From NCBI GenBank assembly GCA_030152805.1, contig JASLIG010000020.1, positions 173-64,172 on the forward strand: a DNA stretch of 64,000 nt, in the 5' to 3' direction. Made by a program: the position numbers and the translations under genes. The stretch's first letter is position 1. Each line of letters starts with the position of its first letter. The stretch is from Solirubrobacterales bacterium. Its GTDB lineage: Bacteria > Actinomycetota > Thermoleophilia > Solirubrobacterales > 70-9. The notes under the pieces were generated by a model, which saw only the letters and a program-made list of their open reading frames with translations, had not been told where the DNA came from and did no database searches. This document shows, one piece after another, positions 8,970-16,785 of this stretch.

Positions 8970-10004
8970 TTAGCGGATCTCGGTTCTGTACCGGCGATAG
9001 ATCAGGCGAGCCACGAGGTTGAGGACCATGACGATAACGATCAGGGTCAGCGCGGCTGCCCAGGCCCTGTCGTAGGAGGCCTGCTTGAAGACGCCGGGCG
9101 TTCGGTACTCGCTGTAGGCGTAGACCGCGAGATTCTGCATGCGGCCGGAAAAGGGGTTGCTGTTGATCGAGTCGACCACGCCGGTGGTGACGAGCAGCGG
9201 CGCCGTCTCGCCGATGATCCGCGCCACCGCGATCATCATCCCGGTGATCAGCCCGGCGAAGGCGGTTGGCAGGACGACCTTGACGATCGTCCGCCACTTC
9301 GGCGTGCCCAGCGCGTAGGACGCTTCGCGCAGGTGGTTGGGGACGATCTTCAGCACCTCCTCGGAGGTGCGGATCACGATCGGGATCATCAGCACCGAGA
9401 GCGCGATCGAGCCCATCACGCCGAGCCGGATTCCGGGACCGAGAATCAGCGCGAAGAGGGCGTAGGCGAAGAGGCCAGCGACGATCGAGGGGATGCCGGT
9501 CATCACGTCGACGAAGAAGGTCAGGGCCCGGCGCAGGCGGCCCCCGGCCCCGTACTCGGTCAGGTAGATCGCCGCCATCAAGCCGACCGGGATCGAGATC
9601 AACGCGGCGACGCCGGTGATCACCAGCGTGCCGACGAGCGCGTGGGCCGCGCCGCCGCCGCCTATGTGCCCGCGCGCCGACTCGGTGAGGAATTCGAGGC
9701 TGAGACCGGGGATGCCGCGCTTGGCGACCTCGAAGACGAGCGAGAGCAGCGGGATCAGGGCGAGCCCGAAGGCGGCGACGATGATCAAGGTGACGAGCCG
9801 GTCCTTGGCCCGGCGCGACCCCTCGATGCGGCGCGACCAGGTGTAGGTGACGATCGCGGCGACGAAGACGGTGAAGACCAGCAGCAGGGCGACGCTGAAG
9901 GAGCCAGCGGCGAGCAACAGCGCCGCGGAGAGCAGCGCCGAGCCGGCGACGGCGCCGTAGGGGGACCAGTTGGGCAGGACGCCGGTGTCGAGCGTGGCGT
10001 TCAT
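8970..10004 (-). CDS. pstA: phosphate ABC transporter permease PstA
   Basis: 344-aa polytopic permease following pstC with an ATGA overlap (10001-10004). Confidence 0.9.
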   Translation of the reverse strand: MNATLDTGVLPNWSPYGAVAGSALLSAALLLAAGSFSVALLLVFTVFVAAIVTYTWSRRIEGSRRAKDRLVTLIIVAAFGLALIPLLSLVFEVAKRGIPGLSLEFLTESARGHIGGGGAAHALVGTLVITGVAALISIPVGLMAAIYLTEYGAGGRLRRALTFFVDVMTGIPSIVAGLFAYALFALILGPGIRLGVMGSIALSVLMIPIVIRTSEEVLKIVPNHLREASYALGTPKWRTIVKVVLPTAFAGLITGMMIAVARIIGETAPLLVTTGVVDSINSNPFSGRMQNLAVYAYSEYRTPGVFKQASYDRAWAAALTLIVIVMVLNLVARLIYRRYRTEIR

Positions 10005-10957
10005 TGGATGTTTTGGCGGGCGATGATCGCGCGGGCCGCAAGGTTGGTGACGAGGGTGATCGCGAAGAGGACGAGGCCCGAGGCGATCAGCGTGTTGATC
10101 GCGAGGCCGGTCGATTCGGGGAAGTCGAGGGCGATGTTGGCGGCGATCGTCGAGGGGTTCGCCTGGCTGATCAGGTTGAAGGTGACGATGCCCGAGACGG
10201 AGAGGATGATCGTCACGGCCATCGTCTCGCCCAACGCGCGGCCGAGGCCGAGCATGGCGCCGCTGATGATCGAGGACTTGCCGAAGGGCAGGACCGTCAT
10301 GCGAATCATCTCCCAGCGCGTCGCGCCCAGCGCCAACGCGCCTTCCTGCAGCTTGCCCGGTGTCTGTGAGAAGACCTCGCGGGCGACGGCCGAAACGATC
10401 GGCAGGATCATCACGGTCAGGACCAGGCCGGCGACCAGCATCGTGCGGCCGGTTACCGAAGCGGGGCCCTCAAAGAAGGGGATGAAGCCGAGCTTCTGTT
10501 CGAGCCATTCCATCGGGCCCACCGCGGCGGGCCCGAGCACGAAGATGCCCCAGAGGCCGTAGACGATGCTGGGAACGGCGGCGAGCAGGTCGACCATGTA
10601 GCCGAGCGGGAGGAGCAGGCGTCGCGGCGCGATATGGCTGATGAAAAGCGCCACCGCGACCGCGAGGGGAACGGCGAGGACCACCGCGATCGTCGCCGCC
10701 AGCACGGTGCCGAAGGCGAGCGGGGCGATGTAGTCGATCAGGCTCTTGCCCCCCGGCAGTTCGGAGGAGCTGGCGGTAACCGCCGGCGCCGCCTGAATCA
10801 GCAGGAAGGCCGCGACCCCGGCGAGCAGGGCGAGGATCGTGACCGCCGCCGCGACCGCCGCGTTGGAGAAGACCCGGTCCCCCCACCGCCGCCGCCCTCC
10901 TGAGGCGGCGGCGATGAGTTGACCAGCGTTGGTCGTGGTGTCGGCGCGTGCCTCCAC
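10001..10957 (-). CDS. pstC: phosphate ABC transporter permease PstC
   Basis: 318-aa polytopic permease between pstS and pstA. It contains an EAA-like loop (…EGALALGATRWEMI…). Confidence 0.9.
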   Translation of the reverse strand: MEARADTTTNAGQLIAAASGGRRRWGDRVFSNAAVAAAVTILALLAGVAAFLLIQAAPAVTASSSELPGGKSLIDYIAPLAFGTVLAATIAVVLAVPLAVAVALFISHIAPRRLLLPLGYMVDLLAAVPSIVYGLWGIFVLGPAAVGPMEWLEQKLGFIPFFEGPASVTGRTMLVAGLVLTVMILPIVSAVAREVFSQTPGKLQEGALALGATRWEMIRMTVLPFGKSSIISGAMLGLGRALGETMAVTIILSVSGIVTFNLISQANPSTIAANIALDFPESTGLAINTLIASGLVLFAITLVTNLAARAIIARQNIQ

Positions 10958-12055
10958 CTAGCCTTCGATTGCTTCAACCGCCGGCTGGACCTTCTTGGCC
11001 AGGGAGGCCGACAGCGGGGCGGAACCGGCGTTTTCAGCGGCGATTTCCTGTCCTTCGCTGCTGATCACGTAGTTGAAGAACCCCTTGACGATGGCGGCTT
11101 CATCAGCCGAGCCGTACTTCGTGCAGCCGATCAGGTAAGAGACCAGCACGATCGGGTAGGTGCCCTGCGATTCGGTCTTGCGATCGAGTTCGAAGGGGAA
11201 CATGTAGGGGGTCTTGGCCAGATCTTTGGCTTCGGGCGACTCCTCGAGGATCTTCGCCGCGGCCTCCGGGGTCGGTTCGACGTACTCGTTGCCGACCTTG
11301 ATCGTGGCCACGCCGAGTTCACCGGCCTGGCTGGCGTCGGCGTAGCCGATCGCACCGTCGCCGGCCGTGACCGCTTCGACCACGCCGGACGTACCCTGCG
11401 CGGCCTCGCCGCCCTTCACGGGCCAGTCGCCGCTGACTTCGTATTTCCAGATGCTGGGGACGACCTGCGAGAGGTAGTCGGTGAAGTTCTCGGTCGTACC
11501 CGACTCGTCGGAGCGGTTGACCGGGGTGATCCGGGTGTCGGGCAGTTCGGCGCCGGGGTTGTCCTTGGCGATCGCCGGATCGTTCCAGCTGGTGATTTCC
11601 TGGTTGAAGATCTTCGCCAGGGTTTCGGGGTCGAGCTGCAGAGATTCGACGCCTTCGAGGTTGTAGATGATCGCGATCGGCGAGACGTAGGCCGGGATCT
11701 CGATCAGCTTGCCGGGAGCGCAGCGATCGATCGCCTTTTTCAGTTCGCCTTCTTCTTCTTCGAGCGCGGCGTCGCTGCCGGCGTAGGCAACGCCGCCGGC
11801 GATGAACTGTTCGCGGCCGCCGCCCGAGCCCACGGCGTCGTAGGAGATCGTCACGCCGGAGTTTTCGTTCTCGAATTCGGCGATCCAGGCTTCTTGCGCG
11901 GCCTCCTGCGAAGTGGCGCCAGCGCCGGCTATCTGGCCGGAGAGGTCGCCGCCGGAGGAACTGCTGCCGCTGTCGCCGCTGCTGCCACAGGCGGAAACGC
12001 CGATCGCGAGGACGGCCAATGAGGCGAACACGGCCAACCATCTAGAGGGACTCAC
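10958..12055 (-). CDS. pstS: phosphate-binding lipoprotein PstS
   Basis: Lipobox LAIGVSAC and PBP-type sequence (…GAGATSQ…SGTTENFT…). GTG start preceded by AAAGGAG. Confidence 0.9.
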   Translation of the reverse strand: MSPSRWLAVFASLAVLAIGVSACGSSGDSGSSSSGGDLSGQIAGAGATSQEAAQEAWIAEFENENSGVTISYDAVGSGGGREQFIAGGVAYAGSDAALEEEEGELKKAIDRCAPGKLIEIPAYVSPIAIIYNLEGVESLQLDPETLAKIFNQEITSWNDPAIAKDNPGAELPDTRITPVNRSDESGTTENFTDYLSQVVPSIWKYEVSGDWPVKGGEAAQGTSGVVEAVTAGDGAIGYADASQAGELGVATIKVGNEYVEPTPEAAAKILEESPEAKDLAKTPYMFPFELDRKTESQGTYPIVLVSYLIGCTKYGSADEAAIVKGFFNYVISSEGQEIAAENAGSAPLSASLAKKVQPAVEAIEG

Positions 12056-12131
12056 ACGAACTCCTTTTCGTCGTAGTGCACGAAAGCCGACCGGGGTCCG
12101 GCCTGCCCGCTGGCCACACTCTCAGCGCGCC

Positions 12132-12169
12132 TGTGACAGCTTGTTACCTGCCTGTATCGGGATTGTGAA
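12132..12169 (-). promoter_or_regulatory. PHO-box-like phased repeats upstream of pstS
   Basis: The minus strand reads TTTCACAatcc CGATACAggca GGTAACAagc TGTCACA. The units are spaced 11/11/10 nt and lie 77-114 nt upstream of the pstS start. The match to GTTCACC is weaker than in the 5433-5471 array. Confidence 0.45.
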
Positions 12170-12177
12170 AAAGATGT

Positions 12178-12200
12178 AAAAAACCCCCGGAAGGGCGGCC
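12178..12200 (-). terminator. possible intrinsic terminator after the small wHTH gene
   Basis: The minus strand reads GGCCGCCCTTCCGGGGGTTTTTT, a short GC hairpin followed by six T residues, just after the stop at 12205. The stem is weak. Confidence 0.35.
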
Positions 12201-12204
12201 GTTC

Positions 12205-12513
12205 TCATCCCTCGGGGGAGAAGCGGTAGCCGATGCCGCTGTGCGTGTGGATCAGACGTTGGCCAGGCAGCGCTTTGCTCAGCTTCGAGCGCAGGCGGCT
12301 GACGTAGACGTCGACCGAGCGGTCATCGTTGCGGGGTTCACGGCCCCAGACCTCGGCGTAGAGTTCCTCGCGGGTGAGGATGCGCTGCGGATGGGCGGCC
12401 AGCGTCGTCAGCAGCTGCAACTCGCGCACGGTCAGGCTCAGCGGGCGGCCGTCGACAAGCGCCGCGTGCTCCTCGGGCCGGATCTCCAACATGGCCCGCG
12501 AGGATTGCCGCAA
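12205..12513 (-). CDS. stand-alone OmpR/PhoB-type winged-helix DNA-binding domain protein with no receiver domain
   Basis: …LTVRELQLLTTLAAHPQRILTREELYAEVWG…RSVDVYVSRLRSKL…IHTHSGIGYRF matches the Trans_reg_C pattern. The likely ATG at 12492 (MLEIRPEE…) starts exactly at the domain boundary. The maximal ORF starts at TTG 12513. Confidence 0.75.
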   Translation of the reverse strand: MRQSSRAMLEIRPEEHAALVDGRPLSLTVRELQLLTTLAAHPQRILTREELYAEVWGREPRNDDRSVDVYVSRLRSKLSKALPGQRLIHTHSGIGYRFSPEG

Positions 12514-12528
12514 GCGGCGCGGCGTCGG

Positions 12529-13434
12529 TTACGCGACCGTAAAGCTGCTGTGAACTACTTGTGAATCGGCCGACCGCGGCTCGAGGCTCGCCTTCGCCTC
12601 CTCGACCAGCTCAGGGGCCACGCCACCACCGACCGCCTCGGGATCGAAGCGGTAACCGACGCCGAAGTGGGTGTGGATGTAGCGCCAGCCCGGCGAGCGC
12701 TTCTCCAGCTTCTGGCGCAGCTTGCGGATGAAGACGTCGACGGAGCGGTCGCCGTGGGCCATCGCGTAGCCCCAGACGCGCTGGTAAATCGCCTCGCGCT
12801 CGAGCACCTGGCCCCTGGCATCGGCGAGCAGTTGCAGCAGCTCGAACTCGCGGCGGGTCAGGTCGAGGCTGCCCTCGCCAACGAAGGCCTGGAACTGGTC
12901 GGCGCGAATCTCCAGCTCGCCGACCACGACCGGACCGGCTTCGGCACCCGGACGGCTGCGCCGGCGCCGGCGCGAGACGGCCTCGATCCGCGCCATCACC
13001 TCCTCGGGATGGCAGGGCTTACCGATCCAGTCATCGACGCCGAGGCGCAAGCCGCGCACCCGCTGGGCGACGGTCGAGCGACCGGTGCAGACGATCACGC
13101 CGAGGTCGGGCAGCATCGCGCAGACCCGCTCGAGGTAGTCCCAAGCTTCGTCGCCGAGGACGCCGAGGTCGAGCAGCAGCGCGTTGAGCTTCATCGCCAC
13201 CAGCTCCTCGGCCGGGATCGCGCTGCTCAGCACCCGCTGCTGCCAGCCGGCGGCCTCGGTGCGCTTCGAGAGCACGGTGACGAAACCGCTGTCGTCGTCG
13301 ATTACCGCGAGCCGAATGGTTTGCTGTGGGTTCAAGTGACGGCGCCAGTTTGGACGAGGAGTGCCCGTACCTGGAAGTGGCGGGATTGTATGCGCCAGCA
13401 ACGGCGGCGTGCTGGCCAAAATCCCTGCGTTCAC
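12529..13434 (-). CDS. OmpR-family response regulator (PhoP-like); no histidine kinase gene lies adjacent
   Basis: The receiver residues are present (VIDDD, LLLDL, VCTGRS, GKP), and the wHTH domain ends IHTHFGVGYRF. The start is uncertain: GTG 13434 or TTG 13335 (MNPQQTIRLAVIDDD). Confidence 0.85.
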   Translation of the reverse strand: MNAGILASTPPLLAHTIPPLPGTGTPRPNWRRHLNPQQTIRLAVIDDDSGFVTVLSKRTEAAGWQQRVLSSAIPAEELVAMKLNALLLDLGVLGDEAWDYLERVCAMLPDLGVIVCTGRSTVAQRVRGLRLGVDDWIGKPCHPEEVMARIEAVSRRRRRSRPGAEAGPVVVGELEIRADQFQAFVGEGSLDLTRREFELLQLLADARGQVLEREAIYQRVWGYAMAHGDRSVDVFIRKLRQKLEKRSPGWRYIHTHFGVGYRFDPEAVGGGVAPELVEEAKASLEPRSADSQVVHSSFTVA

Positions 13435-13514
13435 AGGATTTTCACAGCCAAACGGCCCTAATTTGCGGGAAAGTGGTCACCGGAGCTTCACGAGAGATTC
13501 TCTGGATATTCACT
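13429..13514 (+). promoter_or_regulatory. two groups of 11-nt-phased GTTCAC-like repeats in the regulator/uppP intergenic region
   Basis: The plus strand has GTTCACA (13429) and TTTCACA (13440). It then has GGTCACC (13475), CTTCACG (13486), ATTCTCT (13497) and ATTCACT (13508). Spacing is 11 nt within each group. Confidence 0.4.
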
Positions 13515-13569
13515 GACGAGCCGTTCCGCGCGGTCAAACTCGGGCCCACGAGACTCCTCTCTCGTCACC

Positions 13570-13606
13570 GCGAACGGCCCACTGCCCCGGGCCGTTCGCT
13601 CTTTTT
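13570..13606. terminator. perfect 11-bp hairpin between uppP and the regulator region, with a T-tract on the plus strand
   Basis: GCGAACGGCCC-actgcccc-GGGCCGTTCGC followed by tcttttt on the plus strand. It lies 10 nt beyond the uppP stop, so it could terminate uppP (minus strand, no U-tract) and any plus-strand transcript. Confidence 0.55.
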
Positions 13607-13615
13607 GGGCCCGGG

Positions 13616-14431
13616 CTAACTGATGGCGCCAGTGGCGGCCAGCACGAGGACCAGGGCGCCGAGGGCGATCCGGTAGACGACGAAGATCTCCAGGGTGTGG
13701 GTGCTGAGGTAGCGGAGCAGCCACGCGATCGCCAGATAGCCGGTGACGAAGGCCACCAGCGTGGCGATCGCCGTCGCCGCCGCCGAGGGACCGCCGTTTT
13801 CGCCGACCTTGCGCAGCTCGAAGAGGCCGCTCAGGACCACCGCCGGCACCGAGAGCAGGAACGAGTAGCGGGCGGCGGCGACCCGGTCGAAGCCGCGAAA
13901 GAGCCCCGCCGAGATCGTCGCTCCCGAGCGCGAGACGCCGGGAACGAGCGCGAGCGACTGGGCGACGCCGATGAAGATCCCGTCGCGGCCGTTCATTTCG
14001 TCAAGAGCTCGCTGCTTCGTGCCAACCCGCTCGGCGAGAACCATTACGAAGGAGAAGAGGATCAGCGCCGAGCCGATCAGGTACAGGCTGCGCGCGCCCG
14101 ACTCGATCTGGTCCTTGAAGGCGAAGCCGAAGATCGAGATCGGGATCGTTCCGAGGACGATGAACCAACCCAGCTTCGCCTCCTGGCTGGCCTGGCGAAT
14201 CGGCATTCGCAGTTCGCCCAGCCAGGCGGCGGCGATGCGCCAGAGGTCGGCGCGGAAGTAGATCAGGACCGCGGCCATCGTCCCGAGCTGGATCACCGCG
14301 GTGAAGCCGGCGCCGGGATCGGACCAGCCGAGCAGCGCCGGCACGATCCGCAGGTGCCCGCTCGAGGAGATCGGCAGGAACTCGGTCAGCCCCTGAACGA
14401 GGCCGAGGACGATGGCTTCGAGGGTGCTCAC
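13616..14431 (-). CDS. uppP: undecaprenyl-diphosphate phosphatase
   Basis: N-terminus LVQGLTEFLPISSSGHL plus the SRSGATI motif typical of BacA/UppP. 271 aa. Confidence 0.92.
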   Translation of the reverse strand: MSTLEAIVLGLVQGLTEFLPISSSGHLRIVPALLGWSDPGAGFTAVIQLGTMAAVLIYFRADLWRIAAAWLGELRMPIRQASQEAKLGWFIVLGTIPISIFGFAFKDQIESGARSLYLIGSALILFSFVMVLAERVGTKQRALDEMNGRDGIFIGVAQSLALVPGVSRSGATISAGLFRGFDRVAAARYSFLLSVPAVVLSGLFELRKVGENGGPSAAATAIATLVAFVTGYLAIAWLLRYLSTHTLEIFVVYRIALGALVLVLAATGAIS

Positions 14432-14502
14432 GGCGCGGCAGACTCTGGCGCGGGCATCGGCGGCGCATCCTATTTCAGGGCCTAAAGGCAGTCTGAAGCC
14501 GA

Positions 14503-14793
14503 TTGGCGCCGCGGAGGTGCGCTAGATTCCCGGGCGTGAAGGCTCCCTCGCGCTCAGCTCGTGCCGTCGCCGCCATCTGCGCGTCGCTGCTCTCGCTGCT
14601 GCTGGCCGCCCCCCTCGCCCTCGCCGACAACGGCGTCGGCCTTGCCGGGCCGACGACGGACAAGACCGTCACCTTCTTCTGCTTCGGCGTGATCGCCTTC
14701 TTCGCGATCCTCGTGATCGTGCTGTCCATCGTTCAGGGCAAGCTCGAGAAGCGCAAGGAACGCCGTAGGTACGACCTGGAGCGCTACGGCTAG
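14503..14793 (+). CDS. small hypothetical membrane protein (signal peptide plus one TM helix)
   Basis: …ICASLLSLLLAAPLALADNG… followed by the TM segment FFCFGVIAFFAILVIVLSIV and a basic tail. The start is uncertain (TTG 14503 or GTG 14536). I recognise no family. Confidence 0.45.
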   Translation: MAPRRCARFPGVKAPSRSARAVAAICASLLSLLLAAPLALADNGVGLAGPTTDKTVTFFCFGVIAFFAILVIVLSIVQGKLEKRKERRRYDLERYG

Positions 14794-15635
14794 TCCAGCC
14801 GGAAGCCGCTGAGCAGGCGTTTCTCCGTCTCGCCCTCGATCTTCGCGACCACTTCGACCTTGCCCTCCAGCGGCGTGCCGCGGATCTTCGTCGCCAGCAG
14901 GTCGTCGACCTGAAAGATGCCGGCCGAGTTGTTCAGCTCGATCTCCAACCGCACCGGCCGCGTCTCCCCCGCCTCGATCCGCACCTCGTCGACGGCGGCG
15001 GCCGAGATCGAGTGGATGCCCTCCTGGCCGGCTTCGATCGGCAGGCGGGTGCGGCCCTGGGCCATGTCGAGCGCGTCGGCGACGCGGACTACTCCCGCCT
15101 CCAGCGTGTAGGGCTCGCCGCGGCGGCGGTGGCCGATGATCGCATGGAGGATCTCCGAGGCGACGATCGTGCGCTCGGGCTCGCGATAGGAGCCGGCGAG
15201 CAGCCGTTCAAGCGCGCCGCTGGCGAGAAAGAGGCTGTAGGCCTCGTGATCGGCGCGGTGGATCGACATGCCGACGTCGTGCAGGAGCGCGCCGCCGGCG
15301 ACGACGACCTCGGCGTCGCGTGCCGACATGCCGTGGTCAGCGACGACCGCCGGCTCCACGCCCGCCTTGACCAGCAGGCGCAGCAGCCGCAGGGCGATGT
15401 TGAGCACGATCTGCATGTGGACCCAGGAGTGGTCCGACATGCCGAGGCGCTCGGCATGGACCTGGGTCATGTACCACCAGGCCCTGACCTGATCGTCGCC
15501 GTTGATTGCCTCCAGAAACGACTCGAGCTTGCGGTTGCCGCGGGTCGGCGCCCGCACCTTCGCCTCGGCTATCGCCTCCTTGGGCGGCTTGCGCTGCGGT
15601 CCCTTTGGATCGGGTGTCGGGACCGCATCGCTCAC
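14790..15635 (-). CDS. HD-domain phosphohydrolase
   Basis: HSWVHMQIV…LLHDVGMSIHRADHE carries the H…HD…H pattern. I place the start at GTG 15635 because the longer ORF (to 15755) would overlap the upstream Rpf-like gene. Confidence 0.8.
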   Translation of the reverse strand: MSDAVPTPDPKGPQRKPPKEAIAEAKVRAPTRGNRKLESFLEAINGDDQVRAWWYMTQVHAERLGMSDHSWVHMQIVLNIALRLLRLLVKAGVEPAVVADHGMSARDAEVVVAGGALLHDVGMSIHRADHEAYSLFLASGALERLLAGSYREPERTIVASEILHAIIGHRRRGEPYTLEAGVVRVADALDMAQGRTRLPIEAGQEGIHSISAAAVDEVRIEAGETRPVRLEIELNNSAGIFQVDDLLATKIRGTPLEGKVEVVAKIEGETEKRLLSGFRLD

Positions 15636-15651
15636 GGCCGTGATCGTAGGC

Positions 15652-16137
15652 TCAGCCGCAGACGGGCCAGGGCGAAGATCCGGACTGGGCGTAAAGCAAA
15701 GCTGCGCGGTAGTCCTGCTCGGACTCGGAAGCTTGTGCCGGGTCGCCGCTGCCACCGACGGATTCCCAGGTGCCGTAGTCGAACTGGTACTTGCCGCGGT
15801 AGGTGCCGTCTGAGGAAACCGCCGTCGGGTCGCCGCCCGACTCGCAGGCCCCGATGGCGTCGAGCGTTTCCGGCGAGACGCCGCCGGGAAGCGAAGCGAA
15901 CAGCTCGCGCCGCCTGCGCCGTGCTTCGGCGCGGTGGACCGCCTTCAGGTGGGCAACGGTGATCCGGATCGTCTCGTGGAAGCTGACGACCGGGCGCTGC
16001 AGGACGCTGATCTTGGCCGGCTTAGCATCGGCGACGCCGGTCCGTTGTGGGGAGTCCCCACTCGCCGCAAGGGCGGCAGCGGGGAAGGCGATGCAGGCAA
16101 CCAGGACAGGAATGAAATATGTGCGTTTTGTGAGCAA
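15652..16137 (-). CDS. secreted protein with a transglycosylase-like (Rpf-type) domain
   Basis: Signal peptide (FIPVLVACIAFPAAALA). The C-terminus GACESGGDPTAVSSDGTYRGKYQFDYGTWESVGG…WPVCG matches the Rpf/transglycosylase-like signature. TTG start. Confidence 0.75.
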   Translation of the reverse strand: MLTKRTYFIPVLVACIAFPAAALAASGDSPQRTGVADAKPAKISVLQRPVVSFHETIRITVAHLKAVHRAEARRRRRELFASLPGGVSPETLDAIGACESGGDPTAVSSDGTYRGKYQFDYGTWESVGGSGDPAQASESEQDYRAALLYAQSGSSPWPVCG

Positions 16138-16297
16138 GCGCGGGACCGTGCCGGTATTTGCAGCGACGGAACGTGATCGCGCTCACACAACAGCCAAGAT
16201 GCAGCGGAACCTGCACTTCTCGTACATAGAAAATAGTTTGTTTTTATTCAGGGACCTCTTAGTCTGCCGCGCGACCACTTCAAACAAGGGGAGATAG

Positions 16298-16618
16298 ATG
16301 AAGGTCAAGGTCGCGCTGTTGAGTCTCGTCGCCGTGCTGCTGCTTGGCGCCGTCGCGGAGGCGTCTGGCTTCCTTCCGTTCGGGCAGGCCCGCCGGTTCA
16401 CCAAGGCGTGGGTCAGCGAAGCCTGTGAAGAGCGGGGCCCTTCGTGCACGACTTGGAAGGTGGGGCACTGCGCTCGCATCGCCCCGGAGCGGGTCGACTG
16501 CGTCGCCGCCATCGCCTTCAAAAGCGGCGAATTTTGCGTCTTCATCCTTGAAAACAGGCTCAAGAGCGACGGCTATGTCCACCAACGCAGGAGACATACC
16601 CGCTGCGAACACGCCTAG
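16298..16618 (+). CDS. small secreted Cys-rich hypothetical protein
   Basis: ATG preceded by GGGGAG. Signal peptide MKVKVALLSLVAVLLLGAVAEA and 7 Cys in the mature ~85 aa. I recognise no family. Confidence 0.5.
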   Translation: MKVKVALLSLVAVLLLGAVAEASGFLPFGQARRFTKAWVSEACEERGPSCTTWKVGHCARIAPERVDCVAAIAFKSGEFCVFILENRLKSDGYVHQRRRHTRCEHA

Positions 16619-16685
16619 CTGATCGATTCCACGGCCTGCCCATATCCAGGCAGGATTGGGCGGGATGGCGGGTGCACCTCTGCGG

Positions 16686-16724
16686 GAATTGACACCTCAG
16701 CGCTGCGCGCTGGGGTGTCAATTC
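16686..16724. terminator. hairpin between convergent genes (bidirectional terminator candidate)
   Basis: GAATTGACACC-t-CAGCGC-tgc-GCGCTG-g-GGTGTCAATTC forms 17 bp plus a possible U-G pair, with a 3-nt loop. It lies between the gene ends at 16618 and 16786. Confidence 0.5.
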
Positions 16725-16785
16725 GACCGCAGGACGGCCGGTCTCCCTCCCAAGGGGTCGTGGGATCGATCGTCTAGCGGGGGTT

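Noticed and set aside
13326-13619. A 97-aa plus-strand ORF spanning the regulator/uppP intergenic region.
   Set aside because: It has no family signal and odd composition. It overlaps the regulator's 5' end and runs through the terminator hairpin. The non-coding interpretation (PHO-like repeats, hairpins) fits better.
16138-16297. A possible ydaO/c-di-AMP riboswitch upstream of the Rpf-like gene. rpf genes carry one in some Actinobacteria.
   Set aside because: The region is AT-rich and promoter-like. I could not recognise the conserved ydaO motifs. It is more simply a divergent promoter region shared with the small secreted-protein gene.
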